64,000 nt of DNA from a virus (IMGVR_UViG_3300033463_000110:1587-65586); one strand, 5' to 3'; positions 9,089 through 18,455 are shown, numbered from the stretch's first letter. A program made the numbers and translations. Notes: a model not told the origin generated them from the sequence alone.

Positions 9089-9259
9089 ATGAAATATATC
9101 CACTATGACCGTGAATGGATAACAACCGACACCAAAGCCAAGCATTCCGACTTATGCGGAAAAGGATTCAAAGGATTTTGTACGGCGATACGGGTATGGC
9201 TCTGGTATCTCGGTCTTCCTGCACGGATTGCTTTCTATAAAACCCACGGCCCTAAATGA
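9089..9259 (+). CDS. hypothetical protein (56 aa) flanked by 13-bp direct repeats
   Basis: Read manually. CGGCCCTAAATGA at 9069-9081 and 9247-9259. Confidence 0.55.
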   Translation: MKYIHYDREWITTDTKAKHSDLCGKGFKGFCTAIRVWLWYLGLPARIAFYKTHGPK

Positions 9260-9358
9260 CAAAGAACAACGAAAACGGTGATTATTTGTCAAATTCTCAC
9301 AAAGACTTTGTAAGAATCCGACATATTTCGGCCCTAATTATCCGATACTTGAACAACG

Positions 9359-9505
9359 ATGGAAACAGTACAATTCATCCTTGACTATTTCTTCGGCAAC
9401 TTCTGGCACTACCTTGCCCTGCTCATCCTGCTCATAGCAGTTGGGCACAAGGGTAACTACATCGTACACGAAAATCATATACACAAGGAAGAAGATGAAG
9501 ACTAA
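9359..9505 (+). pseudogene. small membrane protein with an apparent +1 T frameshift
   Basis: Removing one T near 9388-9391 gives METVQFILDYFFGNFWHYLALLILLIAVGHKGNYIVHENHIHKEEDED, ending across the next start. Confidence 0.4.
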
Positions 9506-9665
9506 CTACCTACTCTGCCCCGGCGACGCTTGCCCGTTACGAATGACTTGCCAAAGACATCAGGCATGGCTCAATCGTGACGATGACGAAGAACCGGAGA
9601 TGAACCCGGACTATCACGAAGGGGAATGTATCTTTTACGAACAGCGAGAATACTATGGCGGATAA
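9495..9665 (+). CDS. small Cys-rich hypothetical protein
   Basis: CPGDACPLRMTCQR...EC pattern. Confidence 0.65.
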   Translation: MKTNYLLCPGDACPLRMTCQRHQAWLNRDDDEEPEMNPDYHEGECIFYEQREYYGG

Positions 9666-10170
9666 AAAGCAAAGCGTTATAAACGCAGTCGCGGCCAAAG
9701 CCGCTGACAAGGACATCCACTCGTCCTCAATTCCGAACGAGATAAAACTCATGGTTCAGATGGCTAACTCCACCTATGTTGTGGTGGAAGATGTGTTCAA
9801 CCGGATCAAGGGCGTGTACGCAAAGCACGGCTTCCGCCCCACCAACGACAACGAAATCCTCAAAGGTCTTACGGACTTCTGCAAGTGCGTCAAGGCGGCT
9901 GGGTATCATTTCTTCAACCGCATTGATCCTTTGATAACCGACGCCACCTTCTTCTCCGGGGACTATGAGGATGGTCTCACGGGCGCACAGCGGTACGATG
10001 CCTTCAATGGCGCGGCGAATATCGGGATAAGATTGCTGATGCTCTACGCCGACCGAATTTGCGATGAAGAAACCTACGGCAAACTGTTCAAGACTCTACG
10101 CCAGATGCCCACCAGGAACATCTTCTCGGACGAGGACATAGCAAGATTTACAAACAACGGGAAACGATGA
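9655..10170 (+). CDS. hypothetical protein
   Basis: 171-aa ORF in operon context. Confidence 0.75.
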   Translation: MADKKQSVINAVAAKAADKDIHSSSIPNEIKLMVQMANSTYVVVEDVFNRIKGVYAKHGFRPTNDNEILKGLTDFCKCVKAAGYHFFNRIDPLITDATFFSGDYEDGLTGAQRYDAFNGAANIGIRLLMLYADRICDEETYGKLFKTLRQMPTRNIFSDEDIARFTNNGKR

Positions 10171-10373
10171 CACTATTACTGATTATCTTCGCCATCGCCA
10201 CCTTCGCTTTATTGGCTTGGGTGATTATGAAAATGGAAGAACTCGACGATTACCAAGACAACCTCGACAAGTATTCCATCCACTTGGACGAGAGGGCGAA
10301 CAAACTCGCCAAATGGGAACAGGAACTCTTGGAGTGGGAAAAGGAGAAAAGCAATGAGAAGGGACTTGCTTAA
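10167..10373 (+). CDS. membrane-anchored coiled-coil hypothetical protein
   Basis: N-terminal hydrophobic helix; ATGA overlap. Confidence 0.65.
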   Translation: MTLLLIIFAIATFALLAWVIMKMEELDDYQDNLDKYSIHLDERANKLAKWEQELLEWEKEKSNEKGLA

Positions 10374-10815
10374 ACAAATGACATGGCAAGATGTCCAAGA
10401 GATTTGGTGGCAAACAGAACAAGTATTGCGGTCAATCCCAGATGAACCGGAGAAGTGGCCGGAGTGGGCTTTCAATACATCGACGCGGTTCAGTAAGGCC
10501 CTTGCAATCTTGCGTGACGAGAACGATGTCCCGCCTCCAATCGAAGAAAGATACCCGTCCGTCTTGAAAGCCGCCGAGCAAGCGACATCTTGGATGCTTA
10601 CCGACTCGCGGGAAAGGGAGAACACACTCATCCGTTCCTTCGTTGCCTACAAACTCCGTGAAGAAGGCTACTCCTATGCGGACATAGGCAAGATGATGAA
10701 ACGCGACCATTCAACGATTACCCACCTTGCAAATCGGATGCGGGACATGCTTTCCGTCCCCAATGCGTACAAGTGGGAGGTGCAACAATACAAGAGGTTT
10801 GAGGAAATGCTATGA
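10354..10815 (+). CDS. HTH protein with DnaA C-terminal-like motif
   Basis: YSYADIGKMMKRDHSTITH. Confidence 0.7.
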   Translation: MRRDLLKQMTWQDVQEIWWQTEQVLRSIPDEPEKWPEWAFNTSTRFSKALAILRDENDVPPPIEERYPSVLKAAEQATSWMLTDSRERENTLIRSFVAYKLREEGYSYADIGKMMKRDHSTITHLANRMRDMLSVPNAYKWEVQQYKRFEEML

Positions 10816-11036
10816 ACACGAATTGGCTTGACTTAATTAGGCAGGAAACCGTACACTTTGAACTGTACTACTCCAAGACAGTTGATTGGGTATTGAAGAT
10901 TTGGAAGAAAGGTTGTGCCGCCGATGGCTCCGACATTGAAATCTGCAACATCCAAGACACCGATGTAAACTATGTACTCGCGAAAGGCGAGGTGCTTTTC
11001 AAAGAGTGGCTGACCGAAAACAACGGAGGATATTGA
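10812..11036 (+). CDS. hypothetical protein
   Basis: ORF track; ATGA overlap. Confidence 0.65.
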   Translation: MNTNWLDLIRQETVHFELYYSKTVDWVLKIWKKGCAADGSDIEICNIQDTDVNYVLAKGEVLFKEWLTENNGGY

Positions 11037-11037
11037 A

Positions 11038-11274
11038 ATGGAAAACCCTTTTGTTAGTATTTACAGCATTAAGAGTGCTACAACATTTTATATCAACCTG
11101 AATCATATCGTACAAATTACCTTTGATGACGAACGCGGTCGTATAGGAATGGTTTATAATAATGGGCGATATGAAAACTTTGAGTTGAGCAAAGAGAAGG
11201 TTAAGATATATAATGATTACAAAAGCGATTACGAATTGACAAAGATCATAATCATAAACAAAATTAAATGCTAA
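11038..11274 (+). CDS. hypothetical protein (AT-rich)
   Basis: Last gene before the terminator; visibly lower GC than neighbours. Confidence 0.6.
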   Translation: MENPFVSIYSIKSATTFYINLNHIVQITFDDERGRIGMVYNNGRYENFELSKEKVKIYNDYKSDYELTKIIIINKIKC

Positions 11275-11314
11275 AAAGAGTCCCCGTCATCCGTGTGGGT
11301 GGCGGGGATTTTTT
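11274..11314. terminator. bidirectional intrinsic terminator between convergent units
   Basis: Stem TCCCCGTCATCC/GGGTGGCGGGGA (11281-11308) with an A run upstream and T6 downstream. Confidence 0.8.
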
Positions 11315-11316
11315 GT

Positions 11317-11706
11317 TTATCGGCAACCGAGTTGGCACACGACATCGGCAAAGGCCCTCATCGTGTCTCCGGCAAGATAGGCCGGGGTTTCTCCTTCAAG
11401 GTCAACGCCGAGTTCTCTTGCTATCGCAACGGCGAGGTGGTGTATCTCATGGACAAGCGTGTTTTGGAACTCTCCGCCGGATGTAGTCGGCCCGATGCAC
11501 ACCACGGCGCGGAAATACCTCGCGTTCGTGTAGGTGAACCCGGTATTCGGCTCTCCGCGTTCCATCAGGTCAACCGCTTGGTCTATGATACGCCTCGGCG
11601 CTTCCGCGTGACGGAGACAAGACACGATGCCCTCGATGTCGTACTTGGTCTCCGCGAACAAGAAGTCCACTATCCAACGCCCGATAGGTAAAACCCTGTG
11701 GATCAT
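11317..11706 (-). CDS. hypothetical protein with HExxH metallopeptidase-like motif
   Basis: VHEIHH...ETPAYL. Confidence 0.65.
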   Translation of the reverse strand: MIHRVLPIGRWIVDFLFAETKYDIEGIVSCLRHAEAPRRIIDQAVDLMERGEPNTGFTYTNARYFRAVVCIGPTTSGGEFQNTLVHEIHHLAVAIARELGVDLEGETPAYLAGDTMRAFADVVCQLGCR

Positions 11707-11712
11707 CTCTCC

Positions 11713-12090
11713 TTACATAAACGTTTCCCAGAATATCGGCTCACCCTTCGCACGGCAATCCACGACAAAATGGTCGAAAGCCTTTGTGTCACTCCCGTCG
11801 GGGTCGTCCACATAGTCCTTGACAAAAAGGGCAAGGTGTGCGTCATCCGTTATGGATGAACCCCAATAGTCGGCCTTCGCCATCGCGTGAACATACGCGG
11901 CGTTATAGCCCTTGTCGCGGTCAAGAGTAACCCCATTGGTACGCAGGAAATCCGACACCTGTTCTTTCGTCATAGGCGCGATCCGTTCCCCTTCGCGGGT
12001 TTCCATCATAGATACGGCCCACTCATAGAGTTTCTTGTTAAAGTTGCAACCGTATTGGTCGGTGTATTCTTCAAATGCGGTCATAATCAT
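11713..12090 (-). CDS. hypothetical protein
   Basis: ORF track; packed operon. Confidence 0.75.
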   Translation of the reverse strand: MIMTAFEEYTDQYGCNFNKKLYEWAVSMMETREGERIAPMTKEQVSDFLRTNGVTLDRDKGYNAAYVHAMAKADYWGSSITDDAHLALFVKDYVDDPDGSDTKAFDHFVVDCRAKGEPIFWETFM

Positions 12091-12127
12091 TGAAAATTAA
12101 AGGGGCGAGTCTCCCCGCCCCATCGTT

Positions 12128-12376
12128 CTACATGTAGCGGCCACGGCTGTCCCGGTAGCGACGCTCGGACATGTCGTCCCAATCGTGGTCGTCGCGGCGG
12201 TAATAGTTGCCACGGGAATTGTATCTTTCACCGTAGGAACTGCGCTCGGAGAACTGTTCCTTCATGTCCTCCCAGATGCCATAGGCTTCGGCGAGTCCGT
12301 GCTTCGCCATCTTCAGGCCTTCCTCAAAACGGCGGACATCACCGCTCCGTTCTGACAAGTCAATTATCCATCCCAT
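12128..12376 (-). CDS. small R/D-rich hypothetical protein
   Basis: Ends RRYRDSRGRYM. Confidence 0.7.
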   Translation of the reverse strand: MGWIIDLSERSGDVRRFEEGLKMAKHGLAEAYGIWEDMKEQFSERSSYGERYNSRGNYYRRDDHDWDDMSERRYRDSRGRYM

Positions 12377-12379
12377 TGT

Positions 12380-12922
12380 TTATTCCTCCTTGTTGTTTTT
12401 GTGGTTCTTGGGAATCCCCGCAGAGAGCAACCCGACCATTTGTTCGAGCCTTCCGTTCATTTCGGAGAGTTGCGCCTCAAGCTGGTTGATCTTCTGCGCT
12501 TGCTCGGCTTCAAGTTTCTTCTCCGGGTTCAGTTGCATAATCAGCGAAGGCCCTTTCTGGATCACCATTTCGTGATACGGCAACTGCGATTTGTACTGCT
12601 TCGAGTTACTGACGGCGGTTTCAACCTCACGGGTGACAAGGAGCCTGTCCGGGCTTACGAACCATCCCTTTTCCGGGTAGTTCGCCGAAACACTATTGAC
12701 CGGGAACTCGATGGATGTGCTTTCGTTTCCGATGTTGATGAAAACATCTACCACGAACCCCTGCATTACAAGGGCGGGGTTTGTCTGCGCGGCCTTCGAG
12801 ACGTGCGGTTGAGAGACGCTTGTAACACTCGCGGTACTCACGGAGAAGTCTTTCCGGTTGAAAACATAGAGGGCAGAACCCTGCGCAAGTTGGGTTGCAC
12901 CCTGCGGTATTCCGTTGAACAT
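12380..12922 (-). CDS. hypothetical protein with C-terminal coiled coil
   Basis: ORF track; packed operon. Confidence 0.75.
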   Translation of the reverse strand: MFNGIPQGATQLAQGSALYVFNRKDFSVSTASVTSVSQPHVSKAAQTNPALVMQGFVVDVFINIGNESTSIEFPVNSVSANYPEKGWFVSPDRLLVTREVETAVSNSKQYKSQLPYHEMVIQKGPSLIMQLNPEKKLEAEQAQKINQLEAQLSEMNGRLEQMVGLLSAGIPKNHKNNKEE

Positions 12923-12952
12923 AATGTTTGTTTGTTTTAAGATTGTTTGTTG

Positions 12953-13291
12953 TTAAACTGCGGTGTTGAGCAGTTGAAGCGTGTCTGCGAGTCTGTCATA
13001 GTACACAAGATAGACTCCTACTCCGGGCAAATCGGCAACCGTTAGATTGTCACCGCCCGCAAGTGTCACGTTGCTGGTAGTCCCCGCCATTGAAAAACGG
13101 ATAGGCAACGTAGCGGTAGTTCCTTCGGGAATAGCCTCGGCAAGATAGACGAGAATGAGTCCACGAAACGGTCTGGAGTTCCAATCCGGGTTGAACTTGA
13201 AATCAACCGTTGTGTCGGAAACGACCACGCTCTGTGCCTTGATGGTGGGGATGCCACGGATGTTCACATATTGATAAGGAAACACGGCCAT
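12953..13291 (-). CDS. hypothetical beta-rich protein
   Basis: ORF track. Confidence 0.75.
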   Translation of the reverse strand: MAVFPYQYVNIRGIPTIKAQSVVVSDTTVDFKFNPDWNSRPFRGLILVYLAEAIPEGTTATLPIRFSMAGTTSNVTLAGGDNLTVADLPGVGVYLVYYDRLADTLQLLNTAV

Positions 13292-13310
13292 AGCATTGTC
13301 CTCCTATCAA

Positions 13311-14210
13311 TTAACCCCAATACGAGCCGCCGGGAACGCCGTAGCCGTAACCGTAGCCGGGGCCGTAGAAACTGTTCATATACGGCGTGGTGGAAACGGC
13401 AACGAGGTTTGGATAATTGACGGTAGCCGTACTGGGGAGTTTGCACTTGATGTCATCCACTTCCTTGGCGATAGGAGCCAGCATCGCGGAAATCATGTTG
13501 GTCTGCCGGGCGTTGTCGGCCTCGTTGCGGAGCTGGGTGATGATGTCGGCCTGGGTGTCGATCTTGGACTGCATTTCGCGTTCCTTCACGGCGCAGAACT
13601 CCTGGACCATAGTGGTCTTGAGGTCGGCGATGGCATCCACGGTGCGCTGACCGTTTCCGTTGATGGCGCCGGAGAGGGCGTTGGTCTGGTTGAGCGTGGC
13701 GATCTGGTTCTCATAGCCCTGCGAGGTGACGAGCTGTTTCATGTCGCAGCAGCAGGAACACAGGCGCGAGGCAAGGTCGGCGTTGCCGGACTGGATCGCG
13801 TTCACGACCTGAAGGCCGCTCATGCCAACCTGGGATGCGACCTGTGCGATTGCACCCTGGACGGTGTTGATGCCGAGTTTGATGGAATCGACATCGGTGT
13901 TGAGCGTGGTAGCAAGGAGCCGCACATCCGCGTCCGTACCGTTGATGGCATTGAGAATGAGTTCGGCATTGTTGTTCGCCGTAGCCTGCGCCCCAAGCGA
14001 CGCAGCAGCAGCGCTACCGCCACCGAAACCACCACCAAAGCCGTTGCCCCATCCGCCAAAGAGTCCGGGGACGACACTACCGAGGAGAGCGCCCCAAAAG
14101 GCACTACCACCGTTCGCTCCGAAGAAACCGCCGTTGTTGTTCTGCCCGGCGAGGAAGTAGGGGAGCATGTTGTTCGCCTGATTGTCAGGCAAGTAGGAAA
14201 TGTCTGCCAT
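13311..14210 (-). CDS. Gly-rich hypothetical protein with CSCCC motif and coiled coil
   Basis: Start MADISYLPDN at 14210; Gly-rich hydrophobic N-terminus, RLCSCCCD, YGPGYGYG tail. Confidence 0.8.
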   Translation of the reverse strand: MADISYLPDNQANNMLPYFLAGQNNNGGFFGANGGSAFWGALLGSVVPGLFGGWGNGFGGGFGGGSAAAASLGAQATANNNAELILNAINGTDADVRLLATTLNTDVDSIKLGINTVQGAIAQVASQVGMSGLQVVNAIQSGNADLASRLCSCCCDMKQLVTSQGYENQIATLNQTNALSGAINGNGQRTVDAIADLKTTMVQEFCAVKEREMQSKIDTQADIITQLRNEADNARQTNMISAMLAPIAKEVDDIKCKLPSTATVNYPNLVAVSTTPYMNSFYGPGYGYGYGVPGGSYWG

Positions 14211-14355
14211 TTTCTCTAAAAGTTTAGTGTTAATAAAAAAGTACCAGCGACCCGTCGTGGATCGTTGGTACAAAGGTCGGCAGACAAAACTGCTCAAGTA
14301 TTATGGTAGGCGAATTAGTCCGAAGATGTTATATTTCAATATGATACACGCCTAT

Positions 14356-14658
14356 TCAATGCTTCTTCCTCCAAGATTGCGGCATCACCTTCAAGAAATT
14401 CTTGAACGAATAGTGTGTAATGTTTCGTTTCGGCTTCGCGGTCATGTTCCGCTTGATGACACCGTGAACGGCGGTCTTGGATTTCCCGAAATGCCTTGAC
14501 AACTCATCCACCGTAGCGGACACATCCATGTTCTCGGCGTATGCCTTATAGACCGCTTCAAGTTGCGACAACGGACAATTACCACTCTTTAATCTCTCGG
14601 TGAAGAACTCTAATACATCTAACGTGATTTGCTCCATTTCGTGAGAAGAATGTTCCAT
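14356..14658 (-). CDS. hypothetical protein with possible HTH
   Basis: TVDELSRHFGKSKTAVHGVI. Confidence 0.6.
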   Translation of the reverse strand: MEHSSHEMEQITLDVLEFFTERLKSGNCPLSQLEAVYKAYAENMDVSATVDELSRHFGKSKTAVHGVIKRNMTAKPKRNITHYSFKNFLKVMPQSWRKKH

Positions 14659-15049
14659 AGGCGAATAGGAAATACAAGAGTATGGTTACAATGATTGTTG
14701 CTTTGACGATGATTATTTGCTCCACCGTGAAAGGCGAAATATAAGTGTCGTACAAATCCACAAGTTGCGGGAGTATCGGTAGCGCACAAGCGAGACGATG
14801 CCATACGCAAAACCTTAACATCCACGAATAGACAAGATGCGCCACGACCACAAGCGGGGAGATAAAACAAAAGTAGTTTATGGCGGTGAGCATAGTCACG
14901 TTCTCCGAGAAGAACGCGAGGGAGAATACCACTAAAAATAGTAGATTATAGATGAACGGAGCAAGTTGGACGGCAAGCACTATCCTAACTTGCGAGTCTA
15001 TAATACTATTTAGTTTGAGACGGGATTGTCCTGATTTGTCCCTTTCCAT
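14579..15049 (-). CDS. multi-pass membrane hypothetical protein
   Basis: Several hydrophobic segments. Confidence 0.65.
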   Translation of the reverse strand: MERDKSGQSRLKLNSIIDSQVRIVLAVQLAPFIYNLLFLVVFSLAFFSENVTMLTAINYFCFISPLVVVAHLVYSWMLRFCVWHRLACALPILPQLVDLYDTYISPFTVEQIIIVKATIIVTILLYFLFAYGTFFSRNGANHVRCIRVLHREIKEW

Positions 15050-15161
15050 TCGTGTAAGTCATCGGCATAGCCTTCGGCGGCACGATCTTTACCGGCTTCG
15101 TAACCGGCAGTTTCGTGTAAGTAATCTGGCTCGGTGTAATCATAGTTGTTAAGATATTAAG

Positions 15162-15470
15162 TTAATGCACATTCCAGAAGGTGTTGGAGTAAACTTCATT
15201 GTAAGCCGACCAATCAGGATAGACCCAGATGATTTCAGGTGCGATTTCAAGATACGGCTTTGCAATATTGGGACGGCAAACAAGACCCATGCGACAGGAT
15301 ATTCCACCAACCCTTGTAAGTGATGAGGATATTCCTCCTCCAATCCTTATGAGTTCCGAAGAAACCCCTCCAACCCTCGCAAGGGATGACGATATTCCGC
15401 CATCATCTCTTGTGAGCGATGACGAAATTCCGCCACCGATCCGGCGCAAGGAACTTGACAGGCAACCCAT
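15162..15470 (-). CDS. hypothetical protein with GGISSSL(T/A)R repeats
   Basis: About five degenerate repeats, then a non-repetitive C-terminus. Confidence 0.65.
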   Translation of the reverse strand: MGCLSSSLRRIGGGISSSLTRDDGGISSSLARVGGVSSELIRIGGGISSSLTRVGGISCRMGLVCRPNIAKPYLEIAPEIIWVYPDWSAYNEVYSNTFWNVH

Positions 15471-15471
15471 A

Positions 15472-15813
15472 TTACCACTTCACGTTGAAAAAGTCGAACT
15501 TGTCAACCTCGTCGCGGATGCCGTCCGGGAAATCGGTGTCAGGAACATGCGCCGTGATGATAGCGGTAATGATTCCCTTCCCAAAATCTTTTGTGTCGAA
15601 GCATAGGAAGTAATTCGTTTTCTCAACCTCGACACCATCAACTGTTTCGGTTGTGGTCTCCGTAATTAGGTCACTCTTGTCGAAATGCATGGTTGTACTT
15701 CCCCGCTTGAGGTCTATCTCAAACTCATCCCGCGTCATGTCAAAGCCGGGAGAGTTGATTTCAACGATGAACTTAACCTCCGTTCCGTAAAATGAGCTAT
15801 CGTAAATCATCAT
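15472..15813 (-). CDS. hypothetical protein
   Basis: ORF track; packed. Confidence 0.7.
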   Translation of the reverse strand: MMIYDSSFYGTEVKFIVEINSPGFDMTRDEFEIDLKRGSTTMHFDKSDLITETTTETVDGVEVEKTNYFLCFDTKDFGKGIITAIITAHVPDTDFPDGIRDEVDKFDFFNVKW

Positions 15814-15969
15814 TTTGTTATAATGTTTTAATAGGTTTCTAAATCAAGCCGGACAACCGGGGGAGGAAGTAGTGAAAGAAAGGAAGTTGAATTGTATCGT
15901 GATAACCGTATATGATAGTGTCCATCCTCCCCAAGACCCGGTTGCCGTCGCGGTAGCATCCCGCCAACG

Positions 15970-16095
15970 CTAATCCGTACTTGTAATCGTCCAACCCTCA
16001 TGCCCGAAATTGATTGTACCAGCTATGTACGCGGACTCCCAATCCTCATACGGGCCGAGTGCTTCTTCACTTGAAGTTATAACCCAATAGTTCAT
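15970..16095 (-). CDS. hypothetical protein (41 aa)
   Basis: Read manually (MNYWVITSSEEALGPYEDW...); ATGA overlap with the lysin-like gene. Confidence 0.5.
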   Translation of the reverse strand: MNYWVITSSEEALGPYEDWESAYIAGTINFGHEGWTITSTD

Positions 16096-16556
16096 ACTAT
16101 CTCAATCGTTATTTCCTCGCCCTTGTCATAGGCGGATTTCATCTTCTTATACAACTTCTCGAAAGTCGCCTTGCTCTCGGTCAGCCGTCCGACTTTCGTG
16201 TTTTTCCCACAAAGCAGACACCCGGCGCTGTCGAGTGCGGAGTTCCCCGGATGGATCAAAATACCGTCAAATCCGGGAACATTTAAGAGTCTCGGCATCT
16301 TCCCTTGACATAGTTTCCAGTACCATGCAACCGCCGCGTACTTGGGAGATGTTACATTCATCGCTACCCCATAAGTCCCAGTCGGAATTGCCGTTTCCGC
16401 ATAGACCTTTCTTGATCTAATATATTCCGGGTGGTCGGATTGCTTTAAGCCACGGTCTCTGTCTTCGAGGACATTGCAGAAAAACACATCGTCCACATAA
16501 AGGCGACTGATCGTGTATGTCGCCTTTTTCCATTTTCTATCAACGAGCAGTTTCAT
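16092..16556 (-). CDS. DUF5675-family putative endolysin
   Basis: TISRLYVDDVFFCNVLED, TAIPTGTY, ILIHPGNS...GCLLCG; next to holin. Confidence 0.8.
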   Translation of the reverse strand: MKLLVDRKWKKATYTISRLYVDDVFFCNVLEDRDRGLKQSDHPEYIRSRKVYAETAIPTGTYGVAMNVTSPKYAAVAWYWKLCQGKMPRLLNVPGFDGILIHPGNSALDSAGCLLCGKNTKVGRLTESKATFEKLYKKMKSAYDKGEEITIEIV

Positions 16557-16560
16557 AGCA

Positions 16561-17112
16561 TCACTTTTTTGCGGTAAACCTTCCCTTGCTATCCCGCTTT
16601 TGCTTGGCTGGTTTCAGCACATCGTCGAAGGTAACATCATCGGTCACGATACCGAGTTTGCTACCAATCCAACGGGCTACGAATACGAGAACGGCACGGA
16701 GGAAGCCGAGCAACGAGAACTCAATGTCCTTCGTGCAGAGGTAGTTTCCGATAATTGAACCAATCTCATTAACATACACCAGACCGAGAGTAGCCCATTG
16801 TATCCAGTCTTGCTTGAACGCGACGGTCATAGATGATGCGATGATAATCCAGCATAGAAATTCAAAGCACTTGCCGACCGTACCACGCAAGGCACGGGAA
16901 AAGGTCACTCTATCTCCCTCGCGTTTGTACTTTTGGTATCTATGTTTAGCGGCCTTGACTCCAAACCAGAGGTCAAGGGCGACGAGGAATATCGCCGGAA
17001 TTAGGAATGGTATCATCGTTAGAACTGTTTTTTGTAGGAAAGCAACTGCGGCGGCGGTCACGCTACCTTCAATCACATCGCTTGCGAGAGTAATGTTACT
17101 TGGGTCTTTCAT
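16561..17112 (-). CDS. holin
   Basis: Several transmembrane helices, DLWFGVKA...RRT-like and EIGSI motifs; upstream of the lysin-like gene. Confidence 0.75.
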   Translation of the reverse strand: MKDPSNITLASDVIEGSVTAAAVAFLQKTVLTMIPFLIPAIFLVALDLWFGVKAAKHRYQKYKREGDRVTFSRALRGTVGKCFEFLCWIIIASSMTVAFKQDWIQWATLGLVYVNEIGSIIGNYLCTKDIEFSLLGFLRAVLVFVARWIGSKLGIVTDDVTFDDVLKPAKQKRDSKGRFTAKK

Positions 17113-17124
17113 GGCTCTTTGTTA

Positions 17125-17225
17125 TTTGGCATAATCATCGGATTTGTGTATCTTTGTTCCGCATACTAAAAACAAATGTTTTAGCAACCGGGACTTGTTG
17201 TGAAACACTCTCGGTTGTTTTTTTG
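17125..17225 (+). promoter_or_regulatory. Bacteroidetes promoter plus terminator hairpin upstream of the antisense HNH gene
   Basis: TTTG 17125, N20, TATCTTTG 17149; hairpin about 17184-17218 followed by a T run; second TATATTTG at 17238. Confidence 0.6.
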
Positions 17226-17271
17226 AGTCTTTTTTACTATATTTGTCTTGAACATAAAACTTTGATTTAGT

Positions 17272-17859
17272 ATGCAAGAACAAGAAATCTGGAAGCCCGT
17301 TGTGGGTTATGAGGGTTGGTACGAAGTTTCCTCTCTCGGTCGTGTCCGTTCAGTATCTCACACTCTTGATTGCGCTGGTCGTTTTAAGGTATTCCACAAA
17401 GGGAAGATATTAAAGCAACAAGCCAACATAAGATGGAGATATATGTCGGTCTATCTCTCAAAAAACGGGGAACGGAAAAGAGTCCGGGTAAACCGCATCG
17501 TTGCGATTGCTTTTCTTCCAAATCCAAACAATTTGCCAGAGGTAAACCATAAGGATGAAGATAGGCAGAATAACCGAGTTGACAATCTTGAATGGTGCGA
17601 CCGCCTCTATAACTCAAACTATGGTAACGCGAGGAAGAAGCAACAGGAGTCAGCAAGGAAGAACAAGAAGGGGCGTTGTTATCCAAAAGTGATAAATCAA
17701 TACACATTGGACGGGAAGTATATTGCCTCCTATTGTTCATCCCAAGAGGCGGCGAGAGCCGTGGGCCATCCGAATACGGGCAGTAGCATCCGAGCCTGTG
17801 CAAGAGGTGATAAACGATACAAACAAGCGGTCGGATACATTTGGAAATATACCGACTAA
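17272..17859 (+). CDS. NUMOD4/HNH homing endonuclease, antisense to the late operon
   Basis: EIWKPVVGYEGWYEVSSLGRVRS, VNHKDEDRQNNRVDNLEW, NUMOD1-like INQYTLDG tail. Confidence 0.92.
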   Translation: MQEQEIWKPVVGYEGWYEVSSLGRVRSVSHTLDCAGRFKVFHKGKILKQQANIRWRYMSVYLSKNGERKRVRVNRIVAIAFLPNPNNLPEVNHKDEDRQNNRVDNLEWCDRLYNSNYGNARKKQQESARKNKKGRCYPKVINQYTLDGKYIASYCSSQEAARAVGHPNTGSSIRACARGDKRYKQAVGYIWKYTD

Positions 17860-17901
17860 CAAGTTTTCTTGTTATTACCCCTTGTGTTTTCATAATCCAT
17901 T

Positions 17902-18192
17902 CTATTTAATCACCAACAGGGCGATGTTTCCAACCACCCAATAGGCGAGGTTTTCGTACCATTTCGGTTCGTAATCGAGGTCACAATCGGCAGTCTTATC
18001 ATGACGGATTCCAAGGGAGTAGGCCCACACATGAGCGGCCCACTCCCTCTTGATATTCGCATCGCTACGGGACCAAAGTCTGCATGACGGATGAAGGTTG
18101 CGAATCTTGTTCAACTCGCGGTCGAAATCCGACTTGTGAACAAAGCAAGAGTCAATCAACTTCACCCTGTCCGCGTAAATCTTGTACTTCAC
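17902..18192 (-). CDS. hypothetical protein
   Basis: GTG start at 18192 overlapping the upstream TGA. Confidence 0.6.
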   Translation of the reverse strand: MKYKIYADRVKLIDSCFVHKSDFDRELNKIRNLHPSCRLWSRSDANIKREWAAHVWAYSLGIRHDKTADCDLDYEPKWYENLAYWVVGNIALLVIK

Positions 18193-18455
18193 TTCTTGTC
18201 CTCCTTGTGCAATTCCTTGTACTTTTCGCTGTCCGGGTCGAATCTGCTCCCGTGATAGAAGAACTGGCTCAAGGTGTAGGCGAACACCTCCATGATGACG
18301 ATGATTACTCCCGTCATAACCACCCACTTTCCAATCTCCTCCCAGATGTTAGCCTCGATGACCTTGCCGAAACAGAGTCCGAAAACGAGCATAACGACGG
18401 CGGTAATGATGGCCGTCCAAAGCATAAAGCGCTTGCAGAAAGTTTTGATGTCCAT
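18189..18455 (-). CDS. two-TM membrane protein
   Basis: Two hydrophobic helices. Confidence 0.65.
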   Translation of the reverse strand: MDIKTFCKRFMLWTAIITAVVMLVFGLCFGKVIEANIWEEIGKWVVMTGVIIVIMEVFAYTLSQFFYHGSRFDPDSEKYKELHKEDKK

